From: Styela clava
Lineage: Eukaryota
Direction of reading: 5' to 3'
Assembly (NCBI RefSeq): GCF_964204865.1
Contig: NC_135260.1
Coordinates: 8,866,001-8,930,000, forward strand
DNA length: 64,000 nucleotides
Positions within the stretch are counted from its first letter, which is position 1. Each line of letters starts with the position of its first letter. Shown one piece after another: positions 50,742 through 64,000 of the stretch. Below the pieces are notes generated by a model that saw only the letters and a program-made list of their open reading frames with translations, was not told the DNA's origin and did not search any database. Position numbers and translations under genes: made by a program.

Positions 50742-53700
50742 TTAAAATGCAGAAGGTAATGTGGCTCCAGGAGTTGACAGAAGGGCATCGAGAATCTGGA
50801 TCGATCTGGATTGAGCTGGTGCTTGCGACGATCGTTCCTGCTTGTGAATTAATTTGTATACTGGAGTGTCCTTGTTGATATCAATGTTATTTTCACTGTT
50901 TTGAAATAACGAATATAACCTTTAATCAATATAAGTTATCACGAACTTTATAAAACAAAAATCAACTATCAAGCTATATCTCCAAGTATATAAGAATTTC
51001 AGAACTGCTTTGAAACTTCAGAATAAGTCACCTTAGTAATGTTATTAGTTGCTCCGATAATTTACTGCAATTGTCAACCCTCATACATGGGTATTAGATT
51101 CTTGTACTGTACATATATAATAATTACCAGAATGTGTCTGGATTAGGAACTTTTGCGCCTTTAGCTGCAGCTGTTCCAACCAACGTGTTGACAATTTGAT
51201 TGCCACTGTATAATCCAACGGGAGTATTGTACTGAGCATGGACAACGGTTGCAGACAGAGGTCCTTCAATTTCTATCGGCTGATTTGGATGAGCTTGAGC
51301 AGCAGTTTTCAATTTGTTACCTGGGTCTGAGCTATTGACCAGAAAAATAATACATATGTAAATCGAATATGCATTATAACACAGTCGCTCTAAATCAGGA
51401 GTTCTCAACGGTTTTTACCCCTGGTAGTACATTTCTACTTCGCAATGGGTACATTTATACTTTTCAAGGGGTTCATTAGATCAAGTAAAGGATATTCTGT
51501 CCGTAACTCCTAATTTGCCTTTAAAATATTTTTTTTATTACCTGCTAATAATAATTAAAGACCTGAGTTTAGGGAATTTTTAGTCACATTATCATCAAAG
51601 TAGAAACTGTAGTCGAATCTTGAATTTTCTCTGTACCGCTGAACCGAAAGTTTGAGAAACTCTTCTCTAAAAGAATGCTTTCTCTCATGCATGTAAAATG
51701 CGTATAACATTGTGATAAGACCGTTCAAATCAAATAAATTTCTTTTGAAGTAATACCCCGAAGTCGAGTCAAGTCTCACTGGTGATTAGCTGATAACGAG
51801 TCATTCCATTTATCTGACTTGGGTCAATTCGCGAGTTAGATTAAAAAACTCAAGTCGACTCAATGACTCTTCAAACCTGATCAACTCCCTAGGTCCTAAG
51901 AACATAAAAAATTCTCACAGAGAGTTTACTCACAGTGCGTTAGGATTGCCTTTAAGATTGATCTTCAGTTTACCCTGTCATTAACATATAAAAAATTATT
52001 ACTTTCTGATGTGCTCCAATATGATTGTTTAAAAAAATGAACAGATTCGTACGTGAAGCCAATTGACTTGTGGTTTGAATTCTGGAATTGCTTTTTGTGG
52101 TTTCAGATAACGTTTCACATAATCTGGGTATTCTTTCTGTTCTGCTTCGCCATGGGGTCTAAAAGATACAATATATTACACAATTACTCGCAATTAAAAT
52201 ACTCAAATTATGTAGATGTTTGAGTGCTTGAATGCCCCAGTTGTAATTTCTGGCACACCTTCACCCAGGTCACCAAATTATGGATAGTCATTCTACAGAT
52301 ATTGTTTGAATACTGGCAAATGCATAATTTCATTTAATGAAAATGTGCAAAATAAACGAAGAAGCTACTCCAGTGTGTTTTTCTCCACTTCGTCTTGATT
52401 AATGTTGCTCGTGGCTCCGTTCGCGGGCGTCAATGTAGTTCGGGGTTTTGGTGTTGGTTGCTCTCGCACTTCGGATTGGGCTACTGCGTCTTCTTTTGGA
52501 GCCGGCGTTGTTGCCAGTGGAGATGGAGGCAAGCTAAAATTCAAGTGTTTTTCGATTTATTTATTGAGTTATTGCCGTTTCGATTTACCAAACCAAGAAC
52601 TTGTTATAACTTCCATGCATAAAAAGTTATTGAGCAATTCGCTGTCTCAACAATTTGACTTCATTCCTGTGTCAACTTTTAATCAATATTTACCTCTTTT
52701 TCTGACCAATCTTCAAATTACTAAAATCTTGTAATGCATCTACTGGGGCCGGAGATTCTGCGCATGCTGGTGTGAGTGCTCTAAAAGTTATTGTTTAGTT
52801 ATTTGGTTCGAGTTATACCACAGTGTTTGATTGAAAGCAATTATATGGTAACATAAAATTTAAAATAATATGTTATATTTATATACTCAAATCAAAATGC
52901 AGTTCGCCATCTATAAGCTTGCAAAAATTACGGTCACTTTGTGCAATATGCATAATTTTAATCTGAACATTAGATAATTTTGTGCTATACATGCAGTGTC
53001 GTGTGAGGTAACTTTTGTGTGAGTATTGCGTGTGAGAGTGTATACCGAATAGATTGTTCTGATTGACTCTGGCGCTTGTTTTTGTGTTTCTCGTTTGATG
53101 TCATTGATATTTCGGCTGATGTTCGTATTCGATTGCGTGGATTTGTCATGCTTGTCTTTTCAAGAGATGGTTTTTCGTTATTGTTTGAGTGTTTTACAAA
53201 GCCATTAGCAGTTGGTTTATGTTCCTCTCTGCTAGTGATTTTTATAATGAATCTTTGAAAAAGAAGAGCATGTATTTACGAGTAATTCACTTCAATAATT
53301 AATAACCTAGCGCATAAAAATTGAATCAATTTTGTCGCAGTGCTCAAAGATATGAGTTTTAAATTTTGAATTTATCTCCAAATAGAAATGCCCAACTTCC
53401 TTATCAAACCATTATGATGACATTGTGAACTCACCGTGGTGTGTGTGATTGCATGTTGCTTGCCGGACGTTCTCTAAAATAAAGAGCAAATGTATAAGTT
53501 ACAGTCTCTGTCATCTTCAAAAATTTAAAATCCCTCTTCAAACTAGATAACACAATTTATAGCTGTTTTTGATCATTGTAGCTTTTGTTAAGAACTATCA
53601 TGTTTTTACTAATTTAACTATCGACCATAGTAGTGCCAATACTTACAGTTCGGTGGCCGTCGTAAAATTCACTTCAGACTGTCTCTTATTCTTCAGATTT

Positions 53701-54544
53701 GCTTCGATTTCTTCTTGCCTGTAATTATGTGTGTCACAAAATGTACTATATTTTTTTAAATGAAGATTTTTATTTGAGAACACGCGTTTGGGGGTACACA
53801 TACTTGCACAAAAATAATATCTAATATTTATCATACTTGCTATTGTGCACTCATAAATTAGCCACGAAAAAACTTGGGTGGATGAAAAATACAAAACAAT
53901 TATCCGCGTCTAAATTCAGGCGTTAAGAAGGCATTTAATGCTGCTGATCAGAACCATTTTAAGGAATAATATAGAGAAAAATATTATCATTACGCCATCA
54001 AAGTGAGATGAACTTCTTCGCCAGAATTCTTGATGTATTTCATAATTTCGTGTAAATCAAGATCACTGATTGACATCCCATTGACAGCAATAAGAACATC
54101 GCTTTGCATAACATTCGCTTGGGCAGCTTTTCCTCCTGGTGTAATCTAAAAATAACTTCGGTTTATTGTATCACGTATTCTACGAAATGGAAAGTGATAA
54201 TTTTTGTTTTAACACTTCGTTTAATTTTAAGCTAAGGCGATCGTATGAGATTAATAACTAATACCCTATTCATTTTAAACTTCATGGAAATTTATTTAGG
54301 AAAGTTTGTTTAAAACAGTTGACCTTGTATAGAATAGAATTATCACTTATCTATCACCATTCATTTATCGTTTGTTCATAAGATGTTGCAGTGAACGTTA
54401 ATAATCTCTTACTGTATAAATATTATATCTGTCAATAGTTGCAATACTTACTCTTGAAATAGTACAAGGTGCTCCTGCGAAAGTTCCACCTGATAAACGG
54501 AATCCCCAAGGCTGTCCGCCCGACATTGATACCTCATAAGGCAT
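50742..54544 (-). CDS. ALP/Enigma (ZASP/PDLIM)-family protein with PDZ, ZM and terminal ALP-like motif, no LIM domain; about 10 exons
   Basis: PDZ exons 54544-54452 (GGQPWGFRLSGG) and 54145-53994. Linker exons near 53474-53435, 53253-53046, 52780-52695, 52533-52368, 52158-52053, 51974-51934. ZM exon 51331-51128 (VVHAQYNTPVGLYS). Last exon 50895-50742 (TPVYKLI..QSRSIQIL..stop). Confidence 0.85.
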
Positions 54545-57500
54545 TTCGAAACTATTTTTTTTAGTAAATTATATTTAAGAATCTGCAAAATACATTGCAA
54601 AGTATAGTGTATTCATACCTTGCTAGTCATAACAAGATTGCCACGTTGCTGCTTCAATACACCTTCTGCCATTTTATTTTCATAAATTAATAATCTAAAT
54701 ATTATGTCTAATTAACATGCAAACTTGAGACCAACATATATGGACAATTTATATTTAATATATTTGGGCTATATTGACAGAAGCATAAAAATATCTAAAA
54801 AGCGTTGAGAGTCAAAATCCATTCTAACATCTTGTAATAAATCCCCCTTTGGTGCCGTTCAGTAATATGTGTGATTCTGCATAACCGTTTTGATTACTCA
54901 ACATGCTGTGCTATATGCTCAAACCTAGCCATATATCTTTAAGAATATTAGCCTCACAATACCATTAAATATAACACATCACCTTTATGCTTCTTAGTGA
55001 CCACTGATGATAAAATGAACGATTCTAGACCGACCTTCTGCTTAAAAGAGGGAAAATAAAATGGATTTACCAGCGTTTAGTGATCAGACCGATTTGTTGA
55101 TAGGACAAGGTGACGATTACCCTTGCTCAAAGTGAGAAATACCTTAACAGCAGATTGAATGTGTTAAATACCATTGCGAACTCTTCTCAACGCTCATTTG
55201 TCACTTGAAGTCTGGTTATTGTAAATATAACATGCAGGACATGCCACTAGCAACATGTACAAAAACGAATATTCAATCGAATCGTAATGTCTGTCAAAGA
55301 ATTCTATACACTCTAATATATCAATGAAATGAATAAGGCAAAACATAAAGTGTACGCGTGTATTGTTGTTTAACGTATTTATTTATTTTTGTATTCATAT
55401 GCATATAATCATTTTCTAAATACAGTTTTTCTTAACAGTGCATTTTACGCATTTTCATTACAGACCAGTCGCCTGATTTAAATATTGCATCATAATTTGC
55501 GAGAACAAGTTATTACATGTAAATGTTGTTCAAATTTTTCATTTGTGTTTAAAGTCAGATCATTCGTAAATCTATTGTAATATTCAATTTTCACTGGTGT
55601 GATATTGCATTAGTTTTTTTAGATTACAGTCAGATTACTGCCCTTTTCATGTAGTTTCTACTTACGAACATTACGTATTGTGATAATTTGACCTTTGACT
55701 ACAACGGTATTTATTTTCTTATCTTTTATAACTGAATTGAATAGGCTGTTTGGCAACAAAGCCGGAAAGACACCGAAGGAGATGTAATTTGCAAAATATT
55801 CGGAATTTCATCTTTGGCTATTTAATTCTGGTATTTAGCTTTGGAAACGATTTTAATTGGTATTTGAAGTATAGGAATTTCTCTCGGACGCCAGCCTTGA
55901 GTAATTGAAATTCACATGGCAAACTGATTTTAACTGATTCAGGTTCCGTTTCTCTTCTTTCCGTTTCTCTTCTACACTAGGTGGCGTCGAACCCTGTCGA
56001 TAATTACAAAACGTACATAGTGAAAAAGCTTAATAGTGAGTTTATTATGTCATTTAAATACCCTACCTAAATAGAGACATTAAAATGAGTATATGCGTAA
56101 AAGTGATTACAGCCCACTAGAAAGAGTTGTTTGGTCTATGACTAGATTTTGCCGAACAACCATTTATTTATACCAATCACATGGCCTTTGATTCAAGAAG
56201 TTGGATGATCTATGCTGAATCGAAAAATCTCAGGTTTTTGCGAACATAGAAGCTACTAACGTGGGAGTGGCGATAAAGCAATAGTTCTGCTCGTAGTGAA
56301 TTCGACAATCACACCATAAATATGAACACACCAACAAAAGTGTCTGAACCTGACCAATGTAAAGATATCCAAAACGTCCAAAAATCCAATAAATTGATTC
56401 TACGGTACAATTCTATACGACAGGCAGATAGATAGATGGATGGATATTATAATATTGTCGTTTGTTACATTTGTGTTATAGATGTGTAATATAGAAGCTG
56501 GAGTGCTAAAGTTATAGAATTCTCAATCACCAATGCAGCAGGCGTGCGTTCATATTTCTTCAAGGATCTCATCATTTTTATTGGGTTGTGATAAAGTGAC
56601 ACTTTTTTCCGTTTCGCATTAATAACGCGGCATGTTGATTTCTTATTGGCAGTATTTTGGGTAATTTAAAAACGATAACAAACAATAAAGGGCGAATTTG
56701 AATCTATTAAGATCATCAAAATTTGATAAAGTGTGTTAGTATCACCAGTATATTTTCGTGCCAAAGTAAACATTACGATACTTCTGCTTTGACTTTCTTT
56801 GTCAAGTGGTCGCGCAAGATCCGGGAGCTAGAAGTTTCTTTGTTGAAAAATCGTGACATATGAGGATATTATGACGTCATAAATCTCTTATCCTATTGTG
56901 TGGGTATAACCTTATTGTATGCGCAAATGAATGTAGATGTGTGGTTCTTAGAAGTTTTGGTGGGCACGATTATTCAAGAGGGAGTATAACTGAGACATTT
57001 ACCTATTTTAGGGCGAAACAAACGCTGTAAAATTTTCACGGGTTGAAAAAACGATAAGTTTTTTATTAAACCAAAAGTTGACTTCTCAGACAATTTCAAG
57101 GATATAGTCCTGGTTTTGAGTAGCGGTGACGTCATTCGTTTCTTGAGGCCAGTTTAATTTGTCCGAGTCAGAGGTCTTAAGATACGATTGTTACTCACAG
57201 TGATGCCCCGAGAAAGGTCAGATTCGAGTTCCTAAAAGACAGAAAGAAAAATGGTGTATTCAATCGTGATCTTAGTTTAGTTCCCTGGAACTCAAGTTTG
57301 ATTATATATGGCCTGGTATAAATATTAACAAAAAGCGATAAAATCGTAAGATTTTAAAAATAGCAATTTCCAACATCACTAAAATTTATACTACGTGCAT
57401 GTAGCTAGCGTCATTAAGACGCGGTTCATATTCTTTTCTTGCTTAATTCACACTAAATTAATCTAAAATTAGTTTCTCCCTCTACATTGTGCGCTCATAA

Positions 57501-59287
57501 TAACCATTAAATATTAATTAATGTGGGAATAAATGATGAAAGCAAATTGCGCAGACAGCTATAATAGCGAAAGCAAACGTTGAAGCTCATTGATTTATAA
57601 AAAGCCGACTCAGTGAGTTATAAGGAGAAGATAATAGTAATATTTATTGTGATTTTGTAAACCTTAGCTAACGGAAAGAGTCATTTGCCTCGTTAAATGC
57701 ATCTATGCAAAGATTAAGCAATAGGCTGAATTTTTGTGTCAAAACAAGCTTTTACATTAGCGACAATATATTCGTGGATTATACGTGGATTTGACGAGCT
57801 AATGAAAAGAACAGTACTTAGCATGATTCGTAAATAAAAGTACATGCGAGTTAGTTGGAAATAGCACAATGAGCTTATTGATAGGAGAGGAAAATGGCCG
57901 CAATTTTAAATAATATTACAACGATATGACTATATATAAGTATATATACTTCTCAACGCCTCGGTGGCCTAGGAAAATTCTTTAACTTTTTTGCTTGCTT
58001 CATTCAATAAAGAAAATTTCTTTTATTATTATTATTTATTACGTGGATTATTTGCAAAAATATTTTTTTTTGCGTTACTCATAATATTGAAAGAATTTTT
58101 TTATTATTCAGTTATATATAAATTAAAATGAAAATATAGAAAATTGATTTTTCATATCCTAGTCTGAAATCACATGTGTTCTACCACATAGATGGATAAT
58201 TTTAATAAAAAAATTTAACATATTGTGTCTTCAAGTATAATAAATCAAATATTTTGTGTGCAGATCAGTTCCAATCAACTATTGCATTATAAATAAGGTA
58301 AATATTCATATTAGAATTGATATTCCATGAGCTGATGGTCGTGACTTCAACAAAAACTTGTAAATAATTTCCATTTTCAATCTATGTTGATGGTTGTTGA
58401 CTTAACGAGATGAATGCCGAAAAATCGTGTATTACAGATGTAATTTTTGTTGAACATTTCATTATCCACGAGTACACGACATGAAAATATTTGGCATGTA
58501 CTTTTCGTACCAAACGCCTTAATGTGTACTTGTGAAAAATGATTGGAAGTAAACATTGTGACACGATGCGCCAAATGTCTTTTTAAAAAATATGGAGTAT
58601 CCATAATAAATTGTTTATTTGATTTTTGCCTACGTAGTATACAAATAACAAGAAATCAATCAAAAAGTATTATATTTGTTTTTGTTTGTGAACACGTTCG
58701 CGTCGTCAGGTTTGCAAATTTATTTTCTCAAAAAGCAATTCAGAAAATGATGGATCGCCAGGATGGTCCAGAACGGTCCATTCAAACTTTGTCTGTGGGT
58801 GACACATGTAACAGTCTTGGGATGTATATTATAGAAGGCTACATACTGGAACAAACTTTCCATAGTTTCAATGATTGGGTAAACTAGCTTCATTGTAGAT
58901 TAGCAGAACGTTGTAGAAACAGCTCGAAAAGTTTGAGCAGCAGTGAGAAATGCGCATTCATTATAACCAAAACCTGTTGCAGGTTGATACTTTGCACAGT
59001 TCAACTGAGAGGGCTCTAACGAGTAAAAAATTGTTCAATACATTGAGTAAATCCCATTGCTAGAATGACCAAACATTGTTAGGCATTTTTTATGATCTCG
59101 TATCAAATCTTTTACAAAAATTTCGAAATGAATTATGTTTTGAAAAAATATTTATTGGTTGAATTTAAACACGGAGGCAGATAGTTTCGTGGTCCTAAAT
59201 TGATTTTGTAATATTTGAATATATTACATTATCACTAATTAATCTCTCGTTGATGTAGAATTAAGTAAAATTAAATAACAAGCTTGC

Positions 59288-60106
59288 ATGAAAATGGCAT
59301 TCAAGTTTGAAAATGTTTATCCTGAAACAGAAGCAACAACACCGACAACGACCATTAGCTCCGTAAACGACGATGTGTTCAACACAACACTGATTATATC
59401 AACTATGACAACATTGGGATATATTGAAAGTGAAAATGAGAACGGCGAAGAGGAAGGAATGAAATTAGGTAGTTTTTACTTGATATTAGTGTTCTTATTA
59501 TTTAAAATAGCAATTATGTTGACTCCAACCACTTTCCCAGTTAAGTCTTAAGTGGAATCATGGCCATTCAAACCATGAATTGAATATAAGAGACAATTCT
59601 AGGTTGAAATAAGTATTTTGATTTCGCACCCATACTTCGGAGTAGAAGAATTTCAACTTCGAAAACATCAAGTTTTATTCGGTTCAGGGCATTAGAACTT
59701 ATTGCTCTAAAAACAAGAGCGGCGTCTCGATTATCATAGCAGTATTTACTTTTGTTGAACTGTATTGTGTCTTGATGAATATCTCTTTTCAGGGTCTATA
59801 CTTGAAATTGTAATCGGTTGCACCTTAACTTTTGCTGTGGTTGTGTTATTGCTGGTAACGCTGGTCAGAAAATCTCGGTTCGTGGAAGAAGGCGGGTGCA
59901 ATTTTCTTAAATTCGGAGATTCGGAAGAGAAATTGAAATGGATGAAAGTCAAACAAGATTATGATACTTTTGAAAAAGGAGAGAATATCAAAAAAGAGAA
60001 AAAGAGTTCGCTTTCTGCATCAATGCCCAGCATGAATTCATTGATGAACTTATTTTCTCGGTCGAAGAGTGAAGGTGATGCGAAACGGTTTGTAAACATT
60101 TCCTAA
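59288..60106 (+). CDS. Small orphan single-pass membrane protein with Thr-rich N-terminus; ends uncertain
   Basis: Exons 59288-59468 and 59793 onward join in phase (G|GG). Hydrophobic helix ILEIVIGCTLTFAVVVLLLVTLV followed by RKSR. The C-terminus may splice near 60087. Confidence 0.55.
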
Positions 60107-61497
60107 TTTAACATCAAAGATTTAGATTTCAATAGTTACCAATGAACTTATTGAAACGAATTGGGCCTAGGATCACTTTGCTAAAGTTTTGTTGTTGTTG
60201 TCGTTGGCTTTTTTGTTGAAGTTGTTGAAAACAAATTCCTGGCAACCTATCGAATAGACCAATCGATTTCAAATTTCCAGTGCCCAAAGATAGTTGAAGT
60301 TGCTGAAACGCTTTTATTTTTATTTTGCAAATTTTCGATGAACCATATGGAGGACCCGACATTTTACCCTAAACAAAAATGCAATTTTATGGTAATTCGT
60401 AGGAACGCTTGTTTATAAAATTTGAAAACACACACCAAGCTTGTTGATCTTATCAATAAACTCCGTTCTCAGTTGGATAGCTAAGGTCCTATTGTAACGG
60501 TACCAATGCATGACTACCGTGTCCATTACCATCTTATCATTCAGACAATCTCGAAAAAATGTTATAGGCTTGTTTCACTCATGCTAACAGATCATAATTT
60601 GATGCTATACGGGGAAATTTGGAAACCGCCTAAGTGTTTCCTTAACCATAAACGAAAACTCTCACTTCGCTTGATGCGTCAACTGGTTTGTAACGGTGAT
60701 AGAAAAGTGGTCAGGTTTTTCTACAAATGTTCATTTGCGATTCTTTAGAACGAATCACCCTGTTACATACCATGACCCGTTTCCCATTTTATCGTGAGGC
60801 GAATCTGTGTTATGCAAAAAACATGAATTACGTTGGCCTGTTACGTGCATCCATATTGTCTAGACTGTGGCATAACCAATTTTATAATTAGATACTTTTA
60901 ATTTGTAAATGGATTTGAATCGAGGGTCACCTGGTGTTCCCATCAAGATCTATTGCCCGCCGTCAATCAGCAGATAACGACACAGTGTCAAAGCTTCGCT
61001 CTGAGAATAGTTCATTCTCATTTACGATTTTAAATTTCAAATTCGATCCGAAATCATGCATAGGCTACTGAATCCCTGCGATCTATGTTGTGAATTTATA
61101 TAATAAGAAGCAAAGTAAGAATACTGCCTCATAATAGTTTTGTTACATGCGCCATTCACAAGGGAATTGGAGATTGAAATCTTGTACATTATTAGGTTGT
61201 TATCTTGCATTTCTCATACGAGTATCGTGCGTATTCATTCACTAATACTATGTGTATATTTCCGAAATAAACCAGTTATATAAATCTTATATATATGAGG
61301 AAATATATTAAGGGTTTTCTTAGAATCAAGATAATACACGATAACGATGTACAGTTGTGGTAATATGCAACCATTTTTTCAAATTTTTCAGAGTAGTTAT
61401 GTAGCGCTCAAAAAATTGTTGTTATGTCGTTGTTAATTTGATAAATTTTAAAAGTTATGTCACATGACAATACACACATCTGGAATATCAAATAAAC

Positions 61498-61724
61498 GGG
61501 TATACGGCAGAAGGATGGCGGACATCGGAATGTAGTATGTGTACCAGGTTAGGGTTAGGCCATAATTTCAGGTCCATATACTACGGGAGTCACTTGGCTA
61601 GTCCCCGAACTCGTAATAGAACTAAAATAAGGAAACTTGGAATAAAATTATGGCCTAACCATAACTTGGTACAGATACTATATTCCGGTGTCCGCCATCT
61701 TGGTTCACATATTACGGGAGCGCC
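61498..61724. mobile_element. Palindromic MITE, copy 4
   Basis: Same family as 25602-25837, GG...CC ends, perfect 8-bp TSD AAATAAAC (61490-61497, 61725-61732). Confidence 0.88.
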
Positions 61725-61830
61725 AAATAAACAGCTAAAGCTATCCGCAATGACAAAATACCGAGGACAATTCTCAGTATCAGTACAATTACTAAAGTGT
61801 AATACTAGTTTGGAAACCAGAGGAAATGTA

Positions 61831-61906
61831 TAAGGTGTCCCAAAATAAATAAAACCCACAAATTTGTAATCGTCCTACTGGGTCTCATTCATTTCGGGAC
61901 GCCCTG
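61831..61906. mobile_element. Tiny Tc1/mariner-type MITE (76 bp)
   Basis: TA-TAAGGTGTCCCAAAATAAATAAAACCCA...TGGGTCTCATTCATTTCGGGACGCCCTG-TA: imperfect 28-bp TIR with TA flanks. Confidence 0.6.
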
Positions 61907-61987
61907 TATGACAAACTGTATTCTTGAGTATATATTTTTTATTTGAAATTAATCTGGTTTGCTTCAAAATATCATACTAAATGACGC

Positions 61988-62120
61988 AGAGATGTCCGTG
62001 TCCGTGGTCCATATTTTTCTGTCCCATCCCATGGCAATTTAAGCCTGTCCCATCCCATCCCATGGGATTAAGATTGGAATACAATTCAATAAAAATTGTT
62101 TAGGTTTCCCATGGACAATC
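61988..62120. mobile_element. Probable hAT-MITE terminal fragment
   Basis: Starts CAGAGATGTCCG and contains repeated TGTCCCATCCCATGG subterminal motifs. The partner end was not found. Confidence 0.35.
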
Positions 62121-64000
62121 CTGAAGATACGACCATGTCTTTGTTCGATCGCCACTTTTTGTAATCGAGAAATTTTATATTTCATGACGACTTAAAAATT
62201 TTACCAATCGTATTTGGAATAATTTAAGCGATTGCACAGAATATATCTCTTGTAAATTTGAATGTGAAAATTCGAAAACAATTTCTATTTCCTCCTAGTT
62301 CCTAAGTAATATTTGGTTTAAACCTAAATCTTCTTTATCTGCACCGAGTTGTAATGTCAAAATAATCGAATGAACTGGGGTAAAATTGTAGAACCAAATT
62401 CTTCGAATTGCATGAACCATTGTTATACAAGAATTCGTCATAATTTTTTCCCAATAAATATAAGTTGCTATACAAACACATTATCGATTGCACAATCGTG
62501 ATCATCCCTGCTATTACTAGTTATATAATAAAAAATTTAAAGTAATGCTTGCGCGATTACAGTTTAATTGTACTTCCATTCACTATTTTAAGAAATAATC
62601 GAAGTCAATTATATTGAAGCGAAGTATCGTAGACGTAAATGTTGCGAGTATTGCTGATATTAATTTCAATCAATACGCATTTACGAAGAAACTATCCATG
62701 CGATACATTCTCGAGAAAAGATTGTAAAAAACACGCCAACTTACGCCATCTACCGAGTTGAATACTGCTGTCCTCAGTTCGGGGGGAGAAGTCGTAATTT
62801 TACGTTCCCAAGCTGCCAGGAGTTAGTTTCGGAATTTCAGACAAGGCTGAATCATACAATCGGTTTTTATCAAGTAGGGGTCAAGTCAACAGATCTTTGA
62901 CTGTTTAGAAAAAATTAACCGCGTTGTAAATAGACACCAGTTAGTTGTGTAGGGCACAAATCAATCAATCAATTTTATTTTGGTCACTCTGGAATAAAAA
63001 ACAACAACAAACAGACAAACAAAATGCAGTGGACCTGGGGGACGGAAAGACACGCTATAAAATCGGGCAATACCTTTTAAATCAATTTGGGATGTGAGAC
63101 ACTGATCCAAATAAGATCATGGCAACACCACGAAACAATATACCCATCGTGCTTAATCTATTTTGAGCAAGTGCGTATTGGTGTGTTTTTCCGAATTGAC
63201 TAAATACAATTAGTTAATATGGTGTTTTTGCCTAAGTCTCTGATGGCTCCAGAAATGTTTTACACTTCAATATTTTTACTGAATAATTGCTAATTGCTTA
63301 AGATATTAACAAATAAGGTCTAAACTAAGAACGCCCCTAGAATACAGACAACAACAAATTTTGTTTTGGAAAACACCTTTCAATCTTCGCGCCCGCATTT
63401 GAGAGATTGGGAATTCGGTACTTTCTCAAAATTCCTGCAATTTTTAAATGTTCAAATTGTTTTGTTGTTATTCTTCGGTAAAAATTCCCGTAACCTCAAC
63501 TTTGATAACTTTGAAAATAACCGCTGCCGTTGTTTACACTTTCAATTTCAAAGCATAAATACGGGGTATAGGACGTAATCAGTGATTCAAAAATAAGTTC
63601 AGATTCGAGGGAAACGACGTAAGAAGACGAAAACAATAGTGTAGAATTACTACCGTAGTAACTCAGAAGCAGAAATAATAGTTAGATATGGGCTGTTTGA
63701 GTTTGAAGAATTGAAATTTTCAATTGAAATAAATTTATTAGGTTTCGTTTGCAGTACCTTGTTATTATACAATGCCAGTGGTTTTTTTTTGCGACAGGCG
63801 TGAAACGAGGCAACCATGACAAGTATCAACGATTTATCTGTTACTCAGATTTGGCCGTTACAGAAAGTGATTTGATTGCATAATTCCAAATCTTGATGTA
63901 ATTTTAAATCTTAACATTTTATTAAAAGATCGAACCTATTTTGAAATTGGTGTCTGTTGATAACTTCTATATCCTTAGTTTACAAAAATTATGGATTGAT

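Noticed and set aside
54600-59280. Hidden gene or ncRNA in the long intergenic stretch
   Set aside because: No coherent exons, tRNA/rRNA structure or repeats seen. Isolated TGACGTCA sites are not enough.
62957-62985. (CAAT)n next to TTTATT as the 3' tail of a minus-strand LINE
   Set aside because: Suggestive, but no reverse-transcriptase fragment could be recognised next to it.

Overview
AT-rich, intron-containing animal genomic DNA. It is most likely an ascidian (tunicate, probably Styelidae); this is inferred from lectin domains resembling Polyandrocarpa TC14 and from the compact genes. Gene models were spliced by hand using GT-AG sites and reading phase. In order: (1) an SMPDL3B-like GPI-anchored phosphodiesterase (-). 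(2) Five intact three-exon collectin-type genes (signal peptide, Cys pair, short collagen, CxC neck, EPN C-type lectin), here C1 (+) and C2-C5 (-), plus a deleted sixth copy. (3) A peroxisomal hydroxy-acid-oxidase paralog with altered active-site residues, lying between C1 and C2. (4) A multi-exon RGSL1/RGS22-family gene. (5) An intron-poor FAM92/CIBAR-like BAR gene. (6) A PDZ+ZM ZASP/ALP-family gene with no LIM domain. (7) A small orphan single-pass membrane protein. Many DNA transposons are interspersed: a decayed hAT with transposase, a deleted hAT, and several MITE families with identifiable TIRs and TSDs. The most notable system is the collectin array. It joins a TC14-like CRD to a CL-K1-like collagen/neck, shows signs of unequal crossover, and concentrates its variation in the sugar-binding loops. 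Homology calls come from remembered family motifs, not database searches.
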